Assembly (NCBI GenBank): GCA_964016885.1
Contig: OZ024742.1
Coordinates: forward strand, 222,890,001 to 222,954,000
Direction of reading: 5' to 3'
Source of the DNA: Eledone cirrhosa
Taxonomy: Eukaryota
DNA length: 64,000 nucleotides
Shown here: positions 54,001 to 64,000 of the stretch, piece by piece
Position numbering within the stretch: position 1 is the first letter of the stretch
How the letters are laid out: every line of letters starts with the position of its first letter
Program-made: the position numbers and the translations under genes
Notes under the pieces: generated by a model
Told to the model about the DNA's origin: nothing
Databases searched by the model: none
Seen by the model: only the letters and a program-made list of their open reading frames with translations

Positions 54001-54170
54001 TAGCTATAGTGAAAGAAGCTGTATGGTAGACATGGATGTACAGAAACTCTTCTTCTGCCTGGTAGCTATAGTGAAATAAGCTGTATGGTAGACATGGATG
54101 CACAGAAACTCTTCATTCTGTCTGGTAACTATAGTGAAAGAAGCTGTATGGTAGACATGGATGTACAGAA
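51008..54170. repeat. Duplicated block of about 1.05 kb at offset 2102 (about 51008-52070 vs 53110-54170)
   Basis: AAACTCTTCCTCTCCCTGG monomers start at 51008 and 53110. CTGCCCGTTAG is at 51891 and 53993. The order of intervening variants is the same in both copies. Confidence 0.85.
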
Positions 54171-57100
54171 ACTCTTCTTCTGTCTGGTAGCTATAGTGAA
54201 AGAAGCTGTATGGTAGACATGGATGTACAGAAACTCTTCCTCTGCCTGGTAACTATAGTGAAAGAAGCTGTATGGTAGACATGGATGTACAGAAACTCTT
54301 CTTCTGTCTGGTAACTATAGTGAAAGAAGCTGTATGGTAGACATGGATGTACAGAAACTCTTCTTCTGTCTGGTAACTATAGTGAAAGAAGCTGTATGGT
54401 AGACATGGATGTACAGAAACTCTTCTTCTGTCTGGTAACTATAGTGAAAGAAGCTGTATGGTAGACATGGATGTACAGAAACTCTTCTTCTGTCTGGTAG
54501 CTATAGTGAAAGAAGCTGTATGGTAGACATGGATGTACAGAAACTCTTTTGCCTGGCAGCTATAGTGAAAGAAGCTGTATGGTAGACATGGATGTACAGA
54601 AACTCTTCTTCTGTCTGGTAACTATAGTGAAAGAAGCTGTATGGTAGACATGGATGTACAGAAACTCTTCCTCTGCCTGGTAACTATAGTGAAAGAAGCT
54701 GTATGGTAGACATGGATGCACAGAAACTCTTCATTCTGTCTGGTAACTATAGTGAAAGAAGCTGTATGGTAGACATGGATGTACAGAAACTCTTCCTCTG
54801 CCTGGTAGCTATAGTGAAAGAAGCTGTATGGTAGACATGGATGTACAGAAACTCTTCTTCTGTCTGGTAACTATAGTGAAAGAAGCTGTATGGTAGACAT
54901 GGATGTACAGAAACTCTTCTTCTGTCTGGTAGCTATAGTGAAAGAAGCTGTATGGTAGACATGGATGTACAGAAACTCTTTTGCCTGGCAGCTATAGTGA
55001 AAGAAGCTGTATGGTAGACATGGATGTACAGAAACTCTTCTTCTGTCTGGTAGCTATAGTGAAAGAAGCTGTATAGTAGACATGGATGTACAGAAACTCT
55101 TCCTCTGCCCGGTAGCTATAGTGAAAGAAGCTGTATGGTAGACATGGATGTACAGAAACTCTTCTTCTGTCTGGTAACTATAGTGAAAGAAGCTGTATGG
55201 TAGACATGGATGTACAGAAACTCTTCTTCTGTCTGGTAACTATAGTGAAAGAAGCTGTATGGTAGACATGGATGTACAGAAACTCTTCTTCTGTCTGGTA
55301 ACTATAGTGAAAGAAGCTGTATGGTAGACATGGATGCACAGAAACTCTTCATTCTGTCTGGTAACTATAGTGAAAGAAGCTGTATGGTAGACATGGATGT
55401 ACAGAAACTCTTCTTCTGTCTGGTAACTATAGTGAAAGAAGCTGTATGGTAGACATGGATGTACAGAAACTCTTTTGCCTGGCAGCTATAGTGAAAGAAG
55501 CTGTATGGTAGACATGGATGTACAGAAACTCTTCTTCTGTCTGGTAACTATAGTGAAAGAAGCTGTATGGTAGACATGGATGTACAGAAACTCTTCTTCT
55601 GTCTGGTAACTATAGTGAAAGAAGCTGTATGGTAGACATGGATGCACAGAAACTCTTCATTCTGTCTGGTAACTATAGTGAAAGAAGCTGTATGGTAGAC
55701 ATGGATGTACAGAAACTCTTCTTCTGTCTGGTAACTATAGTGAAAGAAGCTGTATGGTAGACATGGATGTACAGAAACTCTTCTTCTGCCCGGTAGCTAT
55801 AGTGAAATAAGCTGTATGGTAGACATGGATGCACAGAAACTCTTCATTCTGTCTGGTAACTATAGTGAAAGAAGCTGTATGGTAGACATGGATGTACAGA
55901 AACTCTTCTTCTGTCTGGTAACTATAGTGAAAGAAGCTGTATGGTAGACATGGATGTACAGAAACTCTTCTTCTGTCTGGTAACTATAGTGAAAGAAGCT
56001 GTATGGTAGACATGGATGTACAGAAACTCTTTTGCCTGGCAGCTATAGTGAAAGAAGCTGTATGGTAGACATGGATGTACAGAAACTCTTCTTCTGTCTG
56101 GTAACTATAGTGAAAGAAGCTGTATGGTAGACATGGATGTTCAGAAAATCTTCCTCTGCCCGGTAGCTATAGTGAAAGAAGCTGTATGGTAGACATGGAT
56201 GTACAGAAACTCTTCCTCTGTCTGGTAGCTATAGTGAAAGAAGCTGTATGGTAGACATGGATGTACAGAAACTCCTCTTCTGCCTGGTAACTATAGTGAA
56301 AGAAGCTGTATGGTAGACATGGATGTACAGAAACTCTTCTTCTGTCTGGTAACTATAGTGAAAGAAGCTGTATGGTAGACATGGATGTACAGAAACTCTT
56401 CTTCTGCCTGGTAGCTATAGTGAAAGAAGCTGTATGGTAGACATGGATGTACAGAAACTCTTTTGCCTGGCAGCTATAGTGAAAGAAGCTGTATGGTAGA
56501 CATGATTGTACAGAAACTCTTCTTCTGCCTGGTAGCTATAGTGAAAGAAGCTGTATGGTAGACATGGATGTACAGAAACTCTTTTGCCTGGCAGCTATAG
56601 TGAAAGAAGCTGTATGGTAGACATTGATGTACAGAAACTCTTCTTCTGCCTGGTAGCTATAGTGAAAGAAGCTGTATGGTAGACATGGATGTACAGAAAC
56701 TCTTCCTCTGCTTGGTAGCTATAGTGAAATAAGCTGTATGGTAGACATGGATGCACAGAAACTCTTCATTCTGTCTGGTAACTATAGTGAAAGAAGCTGT
56801 ATGGTAGACATGGATGTACAGAAACTCTTCCTCTGCCTGGTAGCTATAGTGAAAGAAGCTGTATGGTAGACATGGATGTACAGAAACTCTTCCTCTGCCC
56901 GGTAGCTATAGTGAAAGAAGCTGTATGGTAGACATGGATGTACAGAAACTCTTCTTCTGCCTGGTAGCTATAGTGAAATAAGCTGTATGGTAGACATGGA
57001 TGCACAGAAACTCTTCATTCTGTCTGGTAACTATAGTGAAAGAAGCTGTATGGTAGACATGGATGTACAGAAACTCTTCTTCTGTCTGGTAACTATAGTG

Positions 57101-60100
57101 AAAGAAGCTGTATGGTAGACATGGATGTACAGAAACTCTTTTGCCTGGCAGCTATAGTGAAAGAAGCTGTATGGTAGACATGGATGTACAGAAACTCTTC
57201 TTCTGACTGGTAGCTATAGTGAAAGAAGCTGTATGGTAGACATGGATGTACAGAAACTCTTCCTCTGCCTGGCAGCTATAGTGAAAGAAGCTGTATGGTA
57301 GACATGGATGTACAGAAACTCTTCATCTGTCTGGTAGCTATAGTGAAAGAAGCTGTATGGTAGACATGGATGTACAGAAACTCTTCTTCTGTCTGGTAAC
57401 TATAGTGAAAGAAGCTGTATGGTAGACATGGATGCACAGAAACTCTTCATTCTGTCTGGTAACTATAGTGAAAGAAGCTGTATGGTAGACATGGATGTAC
57501 AGAAACTCTTCTTCTGTCTGGTAGCTATAGTGAAAGAAGCTGTATGGTAGACATGGATGTACAGAAACTCTTCCTCTGCCTGGTAACTATAGTGAAAGAA
57601 GCTGTATGGTAGACATGGATGTACAGAAACTCTTCTTCTGTCTGGTAACTATAGTGAAAGAAGCTGTATGGTAGACATGGATGTACAGAAACTCTTCTTC
57701 TGTCTGGTAACTATAGTGAAAGAAGCTGTATGGTAGACATGGATGTACAGAAACTCTTCTTCTGTCTGGTAACTATAGTGAAAGAAGCTGTATGGTAGAC
57801 ATGGATGTACAGAAACTCTTCTTCTGTCTGGTAGCTATAGTGAAAGAAGCTGTATGGTAGACATGGATGTACAGAAACTCTTTTGCCTGGCAGCTATAGT
57901 GAAAGAAGCTGTATGGTAGACATGGATGTACAGAAACTCTTCTTCTGTCTGGTAACTATAGTGAAAGAAGCTGTATGGTAGACATGGATGTACAGAAACT
58001 CTTCCTCTGCCTGGTAACTATAGTGAAAGAAGCTGTATGGTAGACATGGATGCACAGAAACTCTTCATTCTGTCTGGTAACTATAGTGAAAGAAGCTGTA
58101 TGGTAGACATGGATGTACAGAAACTCTTCCTCTGCCTGGTAGCTATAGTGAAAGAAGCTGTATGGTAGACATGGATGTACAGAAACTCTTCTTCTGTCTG
58201 GTAACTATAGTGAAAGAAGCTGTATGGTAGACATGGATGTACAGAAACTCTTCTTCTGTCTGGTAGCTATAGTGAAAGAAGCTGTATGGTAGACATGGAT
58301 GTACAGAAACTCTTCTGCTGCCTGGTAGCTATAGTGAAAGAAGCTGTATGGTAGACATGGATGTACAGAAACTCTTTTGCCTGGCAGCTATAGTGAAAGA
58401 AGCTGTATGGTAGACATGGATGTACAGAAACTCTTCTTCTGTCTGGTAGCTATAGTGAAAGAAGCTGTATAGTAGACATGGATGTACAGAAACTCTTCCT
58501 CTGCCCGGTAGCTATAGTGAAAGAAGCTGTATGGTAGACATGGATGTACAGAAACTCTTCTTCTGTCTGGTAACTATAGTGAAAGAAGCTGTATGGTAGA
58601 CATGGATGTACAGAAACTCTTCTTCTGTCTGGTAACTATAGTGAAAGAAGCTGTATGGTAGACATGGATGTACAGAAACTCTTCTTCTGTCTGGTAACTA
58701 TAGTGAAAGAAGCTGTATGGTAGACATGGATGCACAGAAACTCTTCATTCTGTCTGGTAACTATAGTGAAAGAAGCTGTATGGTAGACATGGATGTACAG
58801 AAACTCTTCTTCTGTCTGGTAACTATAGTGAAAGAAGCTGTATGGTAGACATGGATGTACAGAAACTCTTTTGCCTGGCAGCTATAGTGAAAGAAGCTGT
58901 ATGGTAGACATGGATGTACAGAAACTCTTCTTCTGTCTGGTAACTATAGTGAAAGAAGCTGTATGGTAGACATGGATGTACAGAAACTCTTCTTCTGTCT
59001 GGTAACTATAGTGAAAGAAGCTGTATGGTAGACATGGATGCACAGAAACTCTTCATTCTGTCTGGTAACTATAGTGAAAGAAGCTGTATGGTAGACATGG
59101 ATGTACAGAAACTCTTCTTCTGTCTGGTAACTATAGTGAAAGAAGCTGTATGGTAGACATGGATGTACAGAAACTCTTTTGCCTGGCAGCTATAGTGAAA
59201 GAAGCTGTATGGTAGACATGGATGTACAGAAACTCTTCTTCTGTCTGGTAGCTATAGTGAAAGAAGCTGTATGGTAGACATGGATGTACAGAAACTCTTC
59301 TTCTGTCTGGTAACTATAGTGAAAGAAGCTGTATGGTAGACATGGATGTACAGAAACTCTTCTTCTGTCTGGTAACTATAGTGAAAGAAGCTGTATGGTA
59401 GACATGGATGCACAGAAACTCTTCTTCTGTCTGGTAACTATAGTGAAAGAAGCTGTATGGTAGACATGGATGCACAGAAACTCTTCATTCTGTCTGGTAA
59501 CTATAGTGAAAGAAGCTGTATGGTAGACATGGATGTCCAGAAACTCTTCCTCTGTCTGGTAGCTATAGTGAAAGAAGCTGTATAGTAGACATGGATGTAC
59601 AGAAACTCTTCTTCTGCCAGGTAGCTATAGTGAAAGAAGCTGTATGGTAGACATGGATGTACAGAAACTCTTCCTCTGCCTGGTAGCTATAGTGAAAGAA
59701 GCTGTATGGTAGACATGGATGTACAGAAACTCTTCTTCTGCCTGGTAGCTATAGTGAAAGAAGCTGTATGGTAGAGATGGATGTACAGAAACTCCTCTTC
59801 TGCCTGGTAGCTATAGTGAAAGAAGCTGTATGGTAGACATGGATGTACAGAAACTCTTCTTCTGCCAGGTAGCTATAGTGAAAGAAGCTGTATGGTAGAC
59901 ATGGATGTACAGAAACTCTTCTTCTGTCTGGTAACTATAGTGAAAGAAGCTGTATGGTAGACATGGATGTACAGAAACTCTTCTTCTGTCTGGTAGCTAT
60001 AGTGAAAGAAGCTGTATGGTAGACATGGATGTACAGAAACTCTTTTGCCTGGCAGCTATAGTGAAAGAAGCTGTATGGTAGACATGGATGTACAGAAACT

Positions 60101-63100
60101 CTTCTTCTGTCTGGTAGCTATAGTGAAAGAAGCTGTATAGTAGACATGGATGTACAGAAACTCTTCCTCTGCCCGGTAGCTATAGTGAAAGAAGCTGTAT
60201 GGTAGACATGGATGTACAGAAACTCTTCTTCTGTCTGGTAACTATAGTGAAAGAAGCTGTATGGTAGACATGGATGTACAGAAACTCTTCTTCTGTCTGG
60301 TAACTATAGTGAAAGAAGCTGTATGGTAGACATGGATGTACAGAAACTCTTCTTCTGTCTGGTAACTATAGTGAAAGAAGCTGTATGGTAGACATGGATG
60401 CACAGAAACTCTTCATTCTGTCTGGTAACTATAGTGAAAGAAGCTGTATGGTAGACATGGATGTACAGAAACTCTTCTTCTGTCTGGTAACTATAGTGAA
60501 AGAAGCTGTATGGTAGACATGGATGTACAGAAACTCTTTTGCCTGGCAGCTATAGTGAAAGAAGCTGTATGGTAGACATGGATGTACAGAAACTCTTCTT
60601 CTGTCTGGTAACTATAGTGAAAGAAGCTGTATGGTAGACATGGATGTACAGAAACTCTTCTTCTGTCTGGTAACTATAGTGAAAGAAGCTGTATGGTAGA
60701 CATGGATGTACAGAAACTCTTTTGCCTGGCAGCTATAGTGAAAGAAGCTGTATGGTAGACATGGATGTACAGAAACTCTTCTTCTGTCTGGTAACTATAG
60801 TGAAAGAAGCTGTATGGTAGACATGGATGTTCAGAAAATCTTCCTCTGCCCGGTAGCTATAGTGAAAGAAGCTGTATGGTAGACATGGATGTACAGAAAC
60901 TCTTCCTCTGTCTGGTAGCTATAGTGAAAGAAGCTGTATGGTAGACATGGATGTACAGAAACTCCTCTTCTGCCTGGTAACTATAGTGAAAGAAGCTGTA
61001 TGGTAGACATGGATGTACAGAAACTCTTCTTCTGTCTGGTAACTATAGTGAAAGAAGCTGTATGGTAGACATGGATGTACAGAAACTCTTCTTCTGCCTG
61101 GTAGCTATAGTGAAAGAAGCTGTATGGTAGACATGGATGTACAGAAACTCTTTTGCCTGGCAGCTATAGTGAAAGAAGCTGTATGGTAGACATGATTGTA
61201 CAGAAACTCTTCTTCTGCCTGGTAGCTATAGTGAAAGAAGCTGTATGGTAGACATGGATGTACAGAAACTCTTTTGCCTGGCAGCTATAGTGAAAGAAGC
61301 TGTATGGTAGACATTGATGTACAGAAACTCTTCTTCTGCCTGGTAGCTATAGTGAAAGAAGCTGTATGGTAGACATGGATGTACAGAAACTCTTCCTCTG
61401 CTTGGTAGCTATAGTGAAATAAGCTGTATGGTAGACATGGATGCACAGAAACTCTTCATTCTGTCTGGTAACTATAGTGAAAGAAGCTGTATGGTAGACA
61501 TGGATGTACAGAAACTCTTCCTCTGCCTGGTAGCTATAGTGAAAGAAGCTGTATGGTAGACATGGATGTACAGAAACTCTTCCTCTGCCCGGTAGCTATA
61601 GTGAAAGAAGCTGTATGGTAGACATGGATGTACAGAAACTCTTCTTCTGCCTGGTAGCTATAGTGAAATAAGCTGTATGGTAGACATGGATGCACAGAAA
61701 CTCTTCATTCTGTCTGGTAACTATAGTGAAAGAAGCTGTATGGTAGACATGGATGTACAGAAACTCTTCTTCTGTCTGGTAACTATAGTGAAAGAAGCTG
61801 TATGGTAGACATGGATGTACAGAAACTCTTTTGCCTGGCAGCTATAGTGAAAGAAGCTGTATGGTAGACATGGATGTACAGAAACTCTTCTTCTGACTGG
61901 TAGCTATAGTGAAAGAAGCTGTATGGTAGACATGGATGTACAGAAACTCTTCCTCTGCCCGGTAGCTATAGTGAAAGAAGCTGTATGGTAGACATGGATG
62001 TACAGAAACTCTTCTTCTGTCTGGTAACTATAGTGAAAGAAGCTGTATGGTAGACATGGATGCACAGAAACTCTTCATTCTGTCTGGTAACTATAGTGAA
62101 AGAAGCTGTATGGTAGACATGGATGTACAGAAACTCTTCTTCTGTCTGGTAGCTATAGTGAAAGAAGCTGTATGGTAGACATGGATGTACAGAAACTCTT
62201 CCTCTGCCTGGTAACTATAGTGAAAGAAGCTGTATGGTAGACATGGATGTACAGAAACTCTTCTTCTGTCTGGTAACTATAGTGAAAGAAGCTGTATGGT
62301 AGACATGGATGTACAGAAACTCTTCTTCTGTCTGGTAACTATAGTGAAAGAAGCTGTATGGTAGACATGGATGTACAGAAACTCTTCTTCTGTCTGGTAA
62401 CTATAGTGAAAGAAGCTGTATGGTAGACATGGATGTACAGAAACTCTTCTTCTGTCTGGTAGCTATAGTGAAAGAAGCTGTATGGTAGACATGGATGTAC
62501 AGAAACTCTTTTGCCTGGCAGCTATAGTGAAAGAAGCTGTATGGTAGACATGGATGTACAGAAACTCTTCTTCTGTCTGGTAACTATAGTGAAAGAAGCT
62601 GTATGGTAGACATGGATGTACAGAAACTCTTCTTCTGTCTGGTAACTATAGTGAAAGAAGCTGTATGGTAGACATGGATGTACAGAAACTCTTCTTCTGT
62701 CTGGTAACTATAGTGAAAGAAGCTGTATGGTAGACATGGATGCACAGAAACTCTTCTTCTGTCTGGTAACTATAGTGAAAGAAGCTGTATGGTAGACATG
62801 GATGCACAGAAACTCTTCATTCTGTCTGGTAACTATAGTGAAAGAAGCTGTATGGTAGACATGGATGTACAGAAACTCTTCTTCTGTCTGGTAACTATAG
62901 TGAAAGAAGCTGTATGGTAGACATGGATGTACAGAAACTCTTTTGCCTGGCAGCTATAGTGAAAGAAGCTGTATGGTAGACATGGATGTACAGAAACTCT
63001 TCTTCTGTCTGGTAGCTATAGTGAAAGAAGCTGTATGGTAGACATGGATGTACAGAAACTCTTCCTCTGCCCGGTAGCTATAGTGAAAGAAGCTGTATGG

Positions 63101-64000
63101 TAGACATGGATGTACAGAAACTCTTCCTCTGCCTGGTAACTATAGTGAAAGAAGCTGTATGGTAGACATGGATGTACAGAAACTCTTCTTCCGTCTGGTA
63201 GCTATAGTGAAAGAAGCTGTATGGTAGACATGGATGTACAGAAACTCTTCTTCTGCCTGGTAGCTATAGTGAAAGAAGCTGTATGGTAGACATGGATGTA
63301 CAGAAACTCTTCTTCTGCCTGGTAACTATAGTGAAAGAAGCTGTATGGTAGACATGTATGTACAGAAACTCTTCTTCTGTCTGGTAGCTATAGTGAAAGA
63401 AGCTGTATGGTAGACATGGATGTACAGAAACTCTTCTTCTGTCTGGTAGCTATAGTGAAAGAAGCTGTATGGTAGACATGGATGTACAGAAACTCTTCTT
63501 CTGCCTGGTAACTATAGTGAAAGAAGCTGTATGGTAGACATGTATGTACAGAAACTCTTCCTCTGCCTGGTAACTATAGTGAAAGAAGCTGTATGGTAGA
63601 CATGGATGTACAGAAACTCTTCTTCCGTCTGGTAGCTATAGTGAAAGAAGCTGTATGGTAGACATGGATGTACAGAAACTCTTCTTCTGCCTGGTAGCTA
63701 TAGTGAAAGAAGCTGTATGGTAGACATGGATGTACAGAAACTCTTCTTCTGCCTGGTAACTATAGTGAAAGAAGCTGTATGGTAGACATGGATGTACACA
63801 AACTCTTCCTCTGTCTGGTAGCTATAGTGAAAGAAGCTGTATGGTAGACATGGATATACAGAAACTCTTCCTCTGCCCGGTAGCTATAGTGAAAGAAGCT
63901 GTATGGTAGACATGGATGTACAGAAACTCTTCTGCTGCCTGGTAGCTATAGTGAAAGAAGCTGTATGGTAGACATTGATGTACAGAAACTCTTCTTCTGT
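52001..64000. repeat. Array domain C: dominated by CTTCTTCTGTCTGGTAACT monomers, with 59-bp CTTTTGCCTGGCAGC and 63-bp GCACAGAAACTCTTCATTC variants
   Basis: GGTAACT (position 28 G>A) is sporadic before 52 kb and very common afterwards. The AAAGTC variant disappears after about 53.8 kb. Confidence 0.8.
55990..61940. repeat. Duplicated block of about 1.25 kb at offset 4690 (about 55990-57250 vs 60680-61940)
   Basis: Five rare markers share the same offset: TCAGAAAATC 56141/60831, CATGATTGTA 56501/61191, ACATTGATGT 56621/61311, CTGCTTGG 56708/61398 and CTGACTGG 57203/61893. Confidence 0.88.

Larger units (their letters stand above)
1..64000. repeat. Tandem satellite DNA array, 62-bp monomer, about 1,030 head-to-tail copies, single orientation, truncated by both window edges
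   Basis: GTACAGAAAC recurs at 1, 63, 125 and onward (period 62) to the end of the window. Copies usually differ from consensus by 0-3 substitutions, with minor 59-, 61- and 63-bp length variants. No inversion or foreign insertion was seen. Confidence 0.99.

Noticed and set aside
1-64000. CRISPR-like array (constant part plus variable part)
   Set aside because: The variable segment is the same sequence with a few SNPs or indels, not unique spacers. There is no leader and no cas gene.
1-64000. Telomeric repeat, tandem tRNA/5S/snRNA genes, or coding tandem repeat (for example zinc-finger or mucin type)
   Set aside because: There is no G-rich telomere motif, no Pol III A/B boxes or cloverleaf that I can recognise, the period is not divisible by 3, and stops recur in every frame.
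1-64000. Embedded transposon, unique island or strand inversion hidden within the array
   Set aside because: Reading through, every line fits the 62-bp register in the same orientation. A very short anomaly could have been missed by eye.

Overview
The whole window is one uninterrupted, head-to-tail tandem array (satellite DNA) of a 62-bp monomer, about 1,030 copies, all in the same orientation and running off both ends. The consensus, in the phase of position 1, is GTACAGAAACTCTTCYTCTGYCYGGTAGCTATAGTGAAAGAAGCTGTATGGTAGACATGGAT. I see no unique sequence, gene, RNA gene, transposon or CRISPR spacer, and the listed ORFs are by-products of repeat variants. The information lies in the order of monomer variants. 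There are three variant-defined domains (about 1-27.3 kb, 27.3-52 kb and 52-64 kb), nested higher-order duplications (offsets 310, 673, 2102, 2270, 4390, 4690 and about 9.8 kb), runs of up to 13 identical monomers, and a 7-monomer cassette shared across about 30 kb. The monomer has an internal direct sub-repeat and an imperfect inverted repeat. The organisation is typical of a eukaryotic satellite, possibly centromeric or pericentromeric. I do not recognise the family or organism and cannot support a new functional system from this sequence alone. All offsets were read by eye from marker variants.
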